NCBI GenBank assembly: GCA_964461285.1 | Contig: CAYWUO010000002.1 | Span: 1-33,269, forward strand | Direction of reading: 5' to 3' | Origin: an uncultured Pirellulales bacterium | Lineage (GTDB): Bacteria > Planctomycetota > Phycisphaerae > Sedimentisphaerales > Anaerobacaceae | DNA: 33,269 bases | Shown: piece by piece, positions 9,053 through 16,959 of the stretch | Numbering within the stretch: the first letter of the stretch is position 1 | Layout: the number at the start of each line of letters is the position of its first letter | Notes under the pieces: generated by a model | Seen by the model: the letters and a program-made list of their open reading frames with translations, nothing else | Databases searched by the model: none | What the model was told of the DNA's origin: nothing | Program-made: the position numbers and the translations under genes

Positions 9053-9437
9053 GGATGACGATTTAGATGCAATTACAACTAAAAGAGCACTTGCTGACCT
9101 TAAAGTTAGGAACAAATTGGTTCATAGAGTGAATGGTGATGACGCATTAGAGTTTTTAAGGGACGAAGCTAATCCGAAACCTTGTATTATTCTTTTGGAT
9201 TTGAATATGCCGAGGATGGATGGCTTCGAGTTTCTAAGGGAAATAAAAGCTGACCCGGCGTTGAAAAGAATCCCAATGGTGGTATTAACTACATCTGATG
9301 CAGAACAAAACGTTTTGGAAAGTTATGATTTGGGAGTTGTTGGCTACATTGTAAAAGCAATAGACTATAAGCAGTTTGTCGATACAATGAGAGCGATAAG
9401 TGTATACTGGAATTTGAACCAATTGCCAACCAGATAG
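9021..9437 (+). CDS. single-domain response regulator (CheY-like receiver, no output domain)
   Basis: Receiver motifs: ILLVEDDDLD, phospho-acceptor context IILLDLNMPRMDGFEFL, VVLTTS, and a conserved Lys in GYIVKA. Overlaps the end of the kinase gene by 32 nt. Confidence 0.9.
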   Translation: MRNAKPILLVEDDDLDAITTKRALADLKVRNKLVHRVNGDDALEFLRDEANPKPCIILLDLNMPRMDGFEFLREIKADPALKRIPMVVLTTSDAEQNVLESYDLGVVGYIVKAIDYKQFVDTMRAISVYWNLNQLPTR

Positions 9438-9517
9438 GCCAATAAAATTCAGTATCGTATTAAAAAAGGGCTTGTAACCTGCATTATATGTGAAACTGAC
9501 ATACTGTGTACCACTAA

Positions 9518-9608
9518 CGGAGAGGGCGGGATTCGAACCCGCGGTACGGGTTTATACCCATACGACGGTTTAGCAAACCGTTGCCTTCAGCCACTCGGCC
9601 ACCTCTCC
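9518..9608 (-). tRNA. tRNA-Ser (anticodon GCU), class II with long variable arm, no encoded CCA
   Basis: Folded by hand from the minus strand. Acceptor GGAGAGG/CCTCTCC. D-arm GCC-GAGTGGCTGAA-GGC. Anticodon stem ACGGT/ACCGT with loop TTGCTAA. 8-bp variable-arm stem GTATGGGT/ACCCGTAC. T-arm GCGGG-TTCGAAT-CCCGC. Discriminator G. Confidence 0.93.
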
Positions 9609-9626
9609 AAATAGCATCAAATCGGT

Positions 9627-9655
9627 AATCTACACATTAAAAGTGAGGATTGCAA
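9627..9655 (-). promoter_or_regulatory. putative sigma-70-type promoter for tRNA-Ser
   Basis: Minus strand reads TTGCAA (9655-9650), a 17-nt spacer, then TAGATT (9632-9627). It lies 18 nt upstream of the mature tRNA 5' end. Motif match only. Confidence 0.35.
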
Positions 9656-9743
9656 GAAGATAAACGGGCGAGCATTTTTTTTGCTGAAAACACCGCATAA
9701 GCTGCCAATAAGGTATTTTAAACACACCTGTAGAGAGAGGTTT

Positions 9744-12482
9744 CTAAGGTCTGCCTCCGCGGACGCACATGGCCAGACTATAAACTTTGTCCTGGCAGGT
9801 CATATATAGTGTTCTTCCGTTCGGCCCGCCGAAGGTAACATTAGAGATTGATTGCGGCACAGAAATGAACTCCAGCAGTTCGCCTTGCGGGGAGACAATC
9901 CAGACGCCACCCAAGCCGCTGAAATATAAATTGCCCAGCTCGTCAATGGTCATGCCATCAGGGACATTACTGGGATTTGGCGGACTTGCCGGTTTGAAAA
10001 ACACAGAGCCAGCGTCCAGGGTGCCGTCGGTATTAATGTTAAAAATCCACCATTGTTCTCTGCTGGGATTACTACTGCTACTGCTTTCGGCAACGTAGAG
10101 TTTAGTTCCGTCGAGAGAGGCGATAACGCCGTTTGGCTGATACAGGCCGTTTTTCACCAATGTTACCGTACCGTCGGGTTCGAGCAGATATACTCCCTGG
10201 CTAGTGGGACCGGCACCCCAGTCGGGAGTGGTGAAGTAAATATTTCCATTAGCCAACTGGCAGAGGTCGTTGGGTTTTTTTGAGAAGCCGTCCGACGAAT
10301 CAGCAAGTATCTGAGAATCGCCCGGACCGCCGGGGTCGATGCGATGACTCGATATCTGCCTTGGACTTTCGTCGGCAGTCAGCAGTCGGCCATCCAGAGA
10401 GAGAAACGTCCCGTTTGTCTGAGGTGAGTTGTTCATCCAGACTGTTACGCTGCCGGGTGAGTCGAGCCGTAAGATTTGATATATTCCGGTTCTTCTCGAA
10501 AAAAAAAGCTTATTGCTGGCCGGGTCCCATGTTGGTCCCTCGAAGAAGATGCCGGACGCAGAGTAGACTTCCTGCAGTGTTGCTCCCGGTTGAATCAGGC
10601 AGGCGACAGTGACGTTTAGCCAATCGTCGCAGAATTCGGCGAGGTCAAGTACGTCGATTATACCGTCGCTGGGCGTTGATATATCACAGGCGACATTCCA
10701 GTTGTCATCGCCGGGCTGGCTGCCCCACGCTGCGGCGAAAACGGCAAAATCTTTAAAGTCCACAACCCCGTCTCTATAAAAATCTCCGACAACGCCTGGT
10801 TGGGTTACCAGTTCGATACCTGTTCCGTTAACCGGGTCGAGATTTCGGCTGTATTGTTTGTCGGTTGCGTTATTCCAATGTTCGTGCACACCCAGGCTTT
10901 CGGTTAGGCCGCCATCGTTGTTGGGGTCATAATTTGTCCCGGAACAGGGGTCAGGGATAAGGGCTGCCTCGTGCAGATAATCTTCTGTTCCGGAAATCTG
11001 CGGGTGTCCATTAATGTTGGTAGGGCTTGCATCCCATTCGTTGTCCATAAAATCGAAGGCCACTGAGTCGGCTGCAACCTGGTCCTGCGACAGGAAGATA
11101 CTGCTTGGCCAATCACCATTGAATGGTTCCATATCCCATCGAATTGGTCGAGAGTCCCAGCTTCGACCGGAGTAGAGACCGTCAATCAAGACCAGCATTG
11201 TTTTGCCACCTAATTTTGGATGTCCCATCAGGTCAACATTAGCCCTGTAATGTCCTATCCCCGGAACTTCGGGTAACACAGGAGTATCCGCACAATGTGG
11301 CCTGGTCCAGTGCATATCGTAGTAACCAGGGGCAGTGGGTATCCTTAGGGAACCATAGTGGTTTTTGCCGGAGGCAGTTATTCCGGCGCTATTGTGGCTT
11401 TTAAGGATTGGTAAGTTTATAAAGTAATCTGCCCGGGAAAAGTGTGTCGGGATATAGTCCTGAGTTTTGCCTTCTGTGCGGGATGTGTCTGGGTCGCTCC
11501 AGTAAAAAGGAGCACTAGTGTCGTTGGTCACAGGCGTCCTGCCATAAAGGGAATAATTCGGTTTTGTCAAATAAACGACTCCTGGACATTCATCTTCAAC
11601 CATATCGTACCAGTGATTGGGCATACCCTGCGTAGGGTCACCTATGCTTATATCACCGGGACTAACACCTGCTAAGTCGATTAGTTGCGTCAGAAGCGCT
11701 CTAGCGAGCTGGGGCGAGTTATCAATCTGGTCAAGACGGCAGTCCCAGAAGCTACCAGGTTTCTCTCCATCGTTGACACTATACATCAATACGAAATTAA
11801 CTTTTATTGCTATTTTTTCACCTGCCGTGTAGCCAACATACCCCTTACCCATTCTTTGATTGAAGTTTTTGAATATCGTGTCCCACGCATCTGCATCACT
11901 GCTTCTGCCAGTCAAGGCCCGAAGTGCCTTCGAAAGCATTTCATTAACAATCTCCTGGTCGGTGCAGGTGTCTTCATACCAGAATGGTCCGGTCGTGTCG
12001 CCGTCTGAGCCGGGCCAGTTGGCGGCATTGGCATCGTGTATCCACGCAACCCGTCCCGGGTAAATCCCTTTGCCTTGGCCGAGCGGGCTGTTGGGGACGA
12101 TTGGCTCGTGGGCATAAGCCGGATTCTCATCTGTACTGTTCGAAGCCATCCAGATAAAACCGATACTAATAACTATGCATACAACCGCCAGAGCGTAACG
12201 TGCCTTGGCTATATGCTTTTGTGCTTTGCGATATGCTATGACTGAGCCGATTATGCCTATGAGCCAGATGATAAAGCTCGAGGCAAGCGGAAATGCTACC
12301 CGCTGGCAGGGGTACATGGCTCTTGATGGCTTGGGGATTACTCGTATTAGAAACCAGAGCAGGGCTAATAATCCCGTAATTGGAAATAACCACCTTATCC
12401 AGTTGAATTTGCTTTTGTGTTTAATTTTTTTACCTGTTTTCGGACAAACTGACATAGTGTTTTTTTTGTTTGAGAGATGCAT
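9744..12482 (-). CDS. membrane-anchored multidomain protein: DUF362 domain + dockerin-like module + SMP-30/gluconolactonase/LRE-like beta-propeller
   Basis: 912 aa with three N-terminal hydrophobic segments. DUF362 signatures: IAIKVNF..., DISIGDP, ADYFINLPILKSHNSAGITASGKNHYGS. Two EF-hand-like dockerin loops: DFYRDGVVDFKDFAVFAAAW and DISTPSDGIIDVLDLAEFCDDW. C-terminal SGL-like repeats: FEGPTWDP, NDLCQLANGNIYFT, PNGVIASLDGTKLYV, PDGMTIDELGNLYF. GGAG lies 9 nt upstream of the ATG. Confidence 0.75.
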   Translation of the reverse strand: MHLSNKKNTMSVCPKTGKKIKHKSKFNWIRWLFPITGLLALLWFLIRVIPKPSRAMYPCQRVAFPLASSFIIWLIGIIGSVIAYRKAQKHIAKARYALAVVCIVISIGFIWMASNSTDENPAYAHEPIVPNSPLGQGKGIYPGRVAWIHDANAANWPGSDGDTTGPFWYEDTCTDQEIVNEMLSKALRALTGRSSDADAWDTIFKNFNQRMGKGYVGYTAGEKIAIKVNFVLMYSVNDGEKPGSFWDCRLDQIDNSPQLARALLTQLIDLAGVSPGDISIGDPTQGMPNHWYDMVEDECPGVVYLTKPNYSLYGRTPVTNDTSAPFYWSDPDTSRTEGKTQDYIPTHFSRADYFINLPILKSHNSAGITASGKNHYGSLRIPTAPGYYDMHWTRPHCADTPVLPEVPGIGHYRANVDLMGHPKLGGKTMLVLIDGLYSGRSWDSRPIRWDMEPFNGDWPSSIFLSQDQVAADSVAFDFMDNEWDASPTNINGHPQISGTEDYLHEAALIPDPCSGTNYDPNNDGGLTESLGVHEHWNNATDKQYSRNLDPVNGTGIELVTQPGVVGDFYRDGVVDFKDFAVFAAAWGSQPGDDNWNVACDISTPSDGIIDVLDLAEFCDDWLNVTVACLIQPGATLQEVYSASGIFFEGPTWDPASNKLFFSRRTGIYQILRLDSPGSVTVWMNNSPQTNGTFLSLDGRLLTADESPRQISSHRIDPGGPGDSQILADSSDGFSKKPNDLCQLANGNIYFTTPDWGAGPTSQGVYLLEPDGTVTLVKNGLYQPNGVIASLDGTKLYVAESSSSSNPSREQWWIFNINTDGTLDAGSVFFKPASPPNPSNVPDGMTIDELGNLYFSGLGGVWIVSPQGELLEFISVPQSISNVTFGGPNGRTLYMTCQDKVYSLAMCVRGGRP

Positions 12483-12620
12483 CTTTATGAACTCCGGAGT
12501 CTGTGGCCATTTGCGTTAGCCTTGTTTTTAACCTTCCTTCACGATTGTAGCAACGACAACGTGGATTAAAATTTGTTTATTCTTGGATAACCAACGCCAG
12601 GGCAAGTTATCATAGTTACC

Positions 12621-12660
12621 AGTATATTCGAATACGGGTCTTAAGTCAAGGTTTTTTTTT
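12621..12660 (-). promoter_or_regulatory. near-consensus sigma-70-type promoter with upstream A-tract, for the 912-aa gene
   Basis: Minus strand reads AAAAAAAAA-CC-TTGACT, a 17-nt spacer, then TATACT. The -35 is 12649-12644 and the -10 is 12626-12621. This implies a leader of about 130 nt before the ATG at 12482. Motif match only. Confidence 0.4.
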
Positions 12661-12672
12661 GGATGTAATAGG

Positions 12673-12701
12673 CTGCTGATTGAGTCTGTGTTTATCAGCA
12701 G
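12673..12701 (-). other. 8-bp stem-loop between the two dockerin-protein genes (not a canonical intrinsic terminator)
   Basis: Read directly: ctgctgat-(13 nt)-atcagcag. On the transcribed (minus) strand it is followed by 12 nt and then an A9 run rather than a U-run. Confidence 0.25.
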
Positions 12702-12731
12702 GGGAGTAAAGAGTTGTTTCATAAGCATTAA

Positions 12732-14717
12732 TTACCATACGGGTTCTTGCCAATTGGCGCCGGCTGACCAGGATTCTATGCCATATTCGTAACAGCCGAT
12801 GTCGGGAGCATCTCCGATGTAGCCGTCTGTGATGCCGGGAATTACATAGCCGGCGTCAATGGCGCCTGAATCGCTGGTTAACGTGCCGTCAGGGTTAATT
12901 TCGTAGTCGCCATTGTGGTGTAATTCGGGTGGTAACGGAGCAAAATTGCCGATATCGCATTTATGCAGATTGTTAATGACGCTGCAGGTGCTCTGGTCTT
13001 CCGGCGTGCCCCAATAGCCAAAGGCATGGTCGCAGCTTCCAAGTATGGTGTTGTTCAGGGAATGCACGTTATCGATTGGACAGCTCATCATTATCCCGGT
13101 TTCTGGAATGTTCCAGACAAGATTATGATGGATAGTAAGGTTAGAACAGCCATTATCAACGTAGATGCCTTTTGGATAGCTCAATGCCAGTGTATCATGG
13201 GCATAATTGTAGCAGATAACAGCTCGGCCACCATCGTTGCCCCAGCTATACGTTATGCCGCAGTCCCTTGTCAGCCATGAGCAGTGATGCATATTGTTAT
13301 AGCTGCATACGAAATCAGTGCCTTCGTGCCAGAAGATAAACCGGCCGCTGTCGTACAAGGTGTTTTGTGTATACAAGCCGCCGTTTGCATCAGGATGCAC
13401 GTATATAGCACCGGCATAAGTGGCTATATAATCAACATCGTGAATAATGCAGTTTGTCACCTTGTTGTTCTGCCCACGGTCATAAATGCCGTTGGCTGCG
13501 GAATAAACGATGCTGCATTTTTTCCATTCGTTGCCCGAGCCACTCATGCGATTTTGATGTTTACTCGGAGTATGAGAGGTATTGTAGCCGTTGCATTGGG
13601 TGAAATGGTCAGCGTATTTTATATGGCAGTCTTCTATGAGGCAATTCTGGGAGTTTTCCATCAATATTGCTGCTGCGAAGATTCGCAGGCCTTTGATGCG
13701 GATGTAGCTTTTATTCGATAAATCAAAGGCGTGGCTTCGTTTTTTTACTTCGATAAGATGATTAGTCGGCGAGTCGTTACCCTCGCACCAGAGATAGCAG
13801 TCATAGCTTTGCGGGCCGGTTTTCTTCAGGCACCATTCTGTGGCTATATCCAGTCCATCGAGTGCGCCAAAAAGCCAGTAAGGGTCTCCCTCTTCGGGGA
13901 AATAGTGCGAAGATTCATACCACCAGGTGTTTTCGCTGAAAGTAAAACTGACGCCGGGCGTATAATTTTTGACGGTTTTTGTAAAACTAATCCATTCTTT
14001 GCCGGGGACGATATGCACGGTCGCATCATTCCAGTCTCCGGGGGGCAGTGCATCATCGATGAGGATATTTACATCTGTGCCTGCATCACTATGGGCGCGA
14101 TTCATATCCACTAATTGATTCACACCTGTATTTGGCCATCGCGCCTCATTGTACATCTGATGGTCTGCGAACAGCTGATTAAACGGAGCGTCTTCCGAAG
14201 GTGTTGAGATAGAAGTTTTGTAGATAGAACCGCTGTAGACGGACCAGGGGCCTGTTAGCAGGTTCGCGCCGCTGACGATAGGACTTTCGTTCGGATAAGC
14301 AAGAAAAAGTATTGGTTTTTTTGCGGTACCCAAATTGGCTGGCGTAACCATTTCCCGATAGACGCCCTGGTGAATAAAGCAGGCATCGCCCGCAACCATT
14401 AAGCTGGCGGCTTTTTGTATAGTCCTGAAAGGCTGGTGAGATGTGCCAGGATTAGTGTCAATGCCGATGCTTTCTGATACAAAATAGAGGTTGCCATCCG
14501 TTTCCCAAACATAAGCAAGAATGGCGAAGTCCTTTAGGTCCACGAAATCATCGAGGTAGTAATCACATGTTTGGTCATAACCGACATCGCCGGAACCAAG
14601 CAGCCAAGTTTGGGTCATTCGCTTCAACAGCGTGTAGTTGGCTGCCGTTGTGACGTTTGCTGCGGGAGGAAAAACAACCGCAGCTACGCAGAATAAAATA
14701 AAAATCTTACATCTCAA
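12732..14717 (-). CDS. secreted right-handed parallel beta-helix protein (pectate-lyase-fold, probable polysaccharide-active enzyme) with N-terminal dockerin-like segment
   Basis: TTG start 8 nt after GGAG. Signal peptide: MRCKIFILFCVAAVVFPPAANVTTA. Dockerin-like segment: CDYYLDDFVDLKDFAILAYVWE. Repeated beta-helix rungs: NCLIEDCHIKY, NKVTNCIIHDV, FVCSYNNMHHC, AVICYNYAHD, NLTIHHNLVWN. Confidence 0.75.
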   Translation of the reverse strand: MRCKIFILFCVAAVVFPPAANVTTAANYTLLKRMTQTWLLGSGDVGYDQTCDYYLDDFVDLKDFAILAYVWETDGNLYFVSESIGIDTNPGTSHQPFRTIQKAASLMVAGDACFIHQGVYREMVTPANLGTAKKPILFLAYPNESPIVSGANLLTGPWSVYSGSIYKTSISTPSEDAPFNQLFADHQMYNEARWPNTGVNQLVDMNRAHSDAGTDVNILIDDALPPGDWNDATVHIVPGKEWISFTKTVKNYTPGVSFTFSENTWWYESSHYFPEEGDPYWLFGALDGLDIATEWCLKKTGPQSYDCYLWCEGNDSPTNHLIEVKKRSHAFDLSNKSYIRIKGLRIFAAAILMENSQNCLIEDCHIKYADHFTQCNGYNTSHTPSKHQNRMSGSGNEWKKCSIVYSAANGIYDRGQNNKVTNCIIHDVDYIATYAGAIYVHPDANGGLYTQNTLYDSGRFIFWHEGTDFVCSYNNMHHCSWLTRDCGITYSWGNDGGRAVICYNYAHDTLALSYPKGIYVDNGCSNLTIHHNLVWNIPETGIMMSCPIDNVHSLNNTILGSCDHAFGYWGTPEDQSTCSVINNLHKCDIGNFAPLPPELHHNGDYEINPDGTLTSDSGAIDAGYVIPGITDGYIGDAPDIGCYEYGIESWSAGANWQEPVW

Positions 14718-14882
14718 GACTAAATCTCCAGAGCGTCCGATTCATACATTGAGCCTTTCATCTTTAAGCATGCGACAGGCCATTTTTCTTTTTAGACAGG
14801 TCGAATGATTGTCTTTTCTTTCTGCGGGCGGCAATTTTTTTTACTCCATATTGTCTTTGTACTTGAGGTTCTATGTTTGGGG

Positions 14883-15275
14883 TCAGTTAATATCACCACA
14901 ACATAGTTTTTCGATATCTCTTGCAACGATATCAGCGACGATTTTTTGCTGGATTGATAAAGAGGGTGTTATTTGTTCAATGGCAGCAGCAGTCGGCTCG
15001 GCATGTTGTTTAATGCCCGGAGCTTCAAATTTTTTGGCAGGGGCCTTTCTTTTTATGGCAGTTATTTCGCGGTGTTTTGCCATGATATCATCGGCCAGGT
15101 CAAATTGAGGGATGTTACCGGCATTCTTGGTGTTTGAGCGGTCTTTAGCTGATTTGGGGGTTTTTTCCGAATTGCCTTTTGGTTCACCTGGTATAATATC
15201 CTTTGCTCGTAAAATACGGTCTTTGGTTTGTTCTGTATTAGAATGGTTTTTTTCGTTACTATCAGCCTTACTCAA
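14883..15275 (-). CDS. small hypothetical protein (130 aa), basic and low-complexity N-terminal half
   Basis: TTG start preceded by GAGGAGG plus 8 nt. No family recognised. C-terminal part: QQKIVADIVARDIEKLCCGDIN. Confidence 0.5.
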   Translation of the reverse strand: MSKADSNEKNHSNTEQTKDRILRAKDIIPGEPKGNSEKTPKSAKDRSNTKNAGNIPQFDLADDIMAKHREITAIKRKAPAKKFEAPGIKQHAEPTAAAIEQITPSLSIQQKIVADIVARDIEKLCCGDIN

Positions 15276-15399
15276 CGTTATAACCTCCTCTAATAATTGT
15301 TTATTTTAATAAAAATGTAGTAATGAATCAAGAACAAAAAGGTCTTTTATCTGCAATTGTTTGCTTAAAAACAGCTAATTTTTTGTATTTGGAAAGCTA

Positions 15400-15810
15400 T
15401 TAGGATTTTTTTTGCTCAAGGAAGGCCTTTAAGATTTCTGAAGCAGCAACGGCATCGATGCGTTTTTTTCTTTTTTTACCTTTTGGGAAATCGGCCTGGG
15501 TTAACTTATCCTCGGCCGCGAAGCTGCTGAGGCGTTCATCCTGGAGGTGGATGGGTTTATTAATATGTTGTTTTAACTGCTCAGCAAATTTCAGGACAAG
15601 TTTTGCCTGGGCACCTTCGGAGTCATCCATATTCAAAGGCAATCCCAGCACAATGGCCTCGATGTTTTCTGCTTCGACTATATCTGCAATCTTTTTGATT
15701 AGCTCTTTTTGGCCCTCGATTACAGCAAAGGGTGAAGCGATGATTTCAGCCGAATCACAGATTGCCAAACCTGTACGCTTAGTACCATAATCGATTGCGA
15801 GATATCTCAT
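15400..15810 (-). CDS. ruvX: putative pre-16S rRNA nuclease / Holliday-junction-resolvase-like protein YqgF
   Basis: N-terminus MRYLAIDYGTKRTGLAICD matches the YqgF/RuvX signature (DxGxxRxGxA). Also VLGLPLNMDDSEG and DERLSS. 136 aa. Confidence 0.9.
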   Translation of the reverse strand: MRYLAIDYGTKRTGLAICDSAEIIASPFAVIEGQKELIKKIADIVEAENIEAIVLGLPLNMDDSEGAQAKLVLKFAEQLKQHINKPIHLQDERLSSFAAEDKLTQADFPKGKKRKKRIDAVAASEILKAFLEQKKS

Positions 15811-15825
15811 TTCTATTTATGTTGA

Positions 15826-16914
15826 TTATAAGAATTTTTCTCTTCCGTGCTGATTTATCAGGTCAAGCAGCTCTTTTATTTTGTCGGTTTGGCTGATATG
15901 ACATACCAGCGTGGCATCGGGGCTGTGAGCAACGACAATGTTTTCCATGCCGATTGCAGCTATTAAATGGCCTGTGTCTTCGGTAACAAAGATAGAATTT
16001 TTGCAGCCGAGCAGCTCGTTTATACCGGCTACGACGATGTTGTTGTCTTTATCAGAACTGATAATATCTGCCAGCGCTGCAAAAGAGCCCATATCGAGCC
16101 AGCGACAATCCAGCTTTATCACTGAAACATTCTCGGCTTTTTCCATAACTGCAAAGTCGATACTGATTTTAGGCAGTTTGACGAACTGCTCTTTGAGGAT
16201 TTGCTGCTGGTTCGGGCCGGCCCAGGCGGTTTTGATTTGTTGCAGAGGTTCGATAGATTCCGGCAGAGACTTTGCCAAATTGTCCAGAATTGTCTTTGCC
16301 TTCCAGACGAACAAGCCGGAGTTCCATAAGAATTCGCCGGTTGCAAGGTATTCTTTTGCGGTTTTTTCATCCGGTTTTTCTTTAAAAGCATCTACTGAGT
16401 ATATTGTGTTTTCACAATCAGGGCACTTTTGGCAGGAGCCGCATTTTATATAACCGAGCTGTGTGCTTGGGAAGGTCGGCTTGATACCGAAAGTGAGCAG
16501 GTTATCCGGATTATTGTTGATAAAGACCAGAGCATCTTTGATGGCCTGCTGTAAGGCCTCGGGCGGTTCTATGAGCTGGTCAGCGGTGACGACTGCCATC
16601 GTGGCTTGGGGGTCATATTTGTTCAGGATTGTTGCTGCCAGGCTGATGGCACCTGTGGTGTCGCGAACAGCCGGCTCTGCGATGACGTTATCGTAGGGCA
16701 GTTCCGGCAGATTCTCACGGACGAGGTCTGCATAGCCGGCGTTGGTTAAGGTAATAATGTTTCTGGTATCGAATATCGGCAATAGCCGCTCAAAACAACG
16801 GCGAAGAAGTGTTTGGCCATTGATAAGCTTCAGGACTTGTTTTGGGCGTTTTTGCCGGCTCAGCGGCCATAATCTTTTGCCGGTCCCGCCTGCCATTATC
16901 ACCGCATAATCCAT
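15826..16914 (-). CDS. manC: mannose-1-phosphate guanylyltransferase (nucleotidyltransferase domain only, no C-terminal isomerase domain)
   Basis: N-terminus AVIMAGGTGKRLWPLSRQKRPKQ is the classic NTP-transferase / GDP-mannose pyrophosphorylase motif. Also YIKCG, FKEKPD and WNSGLFVW. 362 aa. Confidence 0.85.
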   Translation of the reverse strand: MDYAVIMAGGTGKRLWPLSRQKRPKQVLKLINGQTLLRRCFERLLPIFDTRNIITLTNAGYADLVRENLPELPYDNVIAEPAVRDTTGAISLAATILNKYDPQATMAVVTADQLIEPPEALQQAIKDALVFINNNPDNLLTFGIKPTFPSTQLGYIKCGSCQKCPDCENTIYSVDAFKEKPDEKTAKEYLATGEFLWNSGLFVWKAKTILDNLAKSLPESIEPLQQIKTAWAGPNQQQILKEQFVKLPKISIDFAVMEKAENVSVIKLDCRWLDMGSFAALADIISSDKDNNIVVAGINELLGCKNSIFVTEDTGHLIAAIGMENIVVAHSPDATLVCHISQTDKIKELLDLINQHGREKFL

Positions 16915-16959
16915 CGGTTAATCCTTTAATTTTTTAAACAACGAAGTTAACAAAATGTA

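Noticed and set aside
9438-9743. tRNA-Ser as an integration hotspot for a genomic island
   Set aside because: There is no integrase, no direct repeat of the tRNA 3' end, and only 80 bp between the tRNA 3' end and the response-regulator gene. The flanking genes look like ordinary chromosomal genes.
10271-10507. Homopolymer tracts (A8/T8, A9/T9) inside the 912-aa CDS, considered as phase-variation switches
   Set aside because: Runs of similar length occur throughout the window, at gene ends and in intergenic regions, and mostly encode Lys-Lys or Phe-Phe. Without population or read data there is no evidence of length variation.
12528-12728. 66-aa ORF starting 4 nt after the stop of the beta-helix gene
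   Set aside because: It spans the stem-loop, the A9 tract and the near-consensus promoter. It has no Shine-Dalgarno sequence and no recognisable features. The close spacing to the upstream stop means translation cannot be fully excluded.
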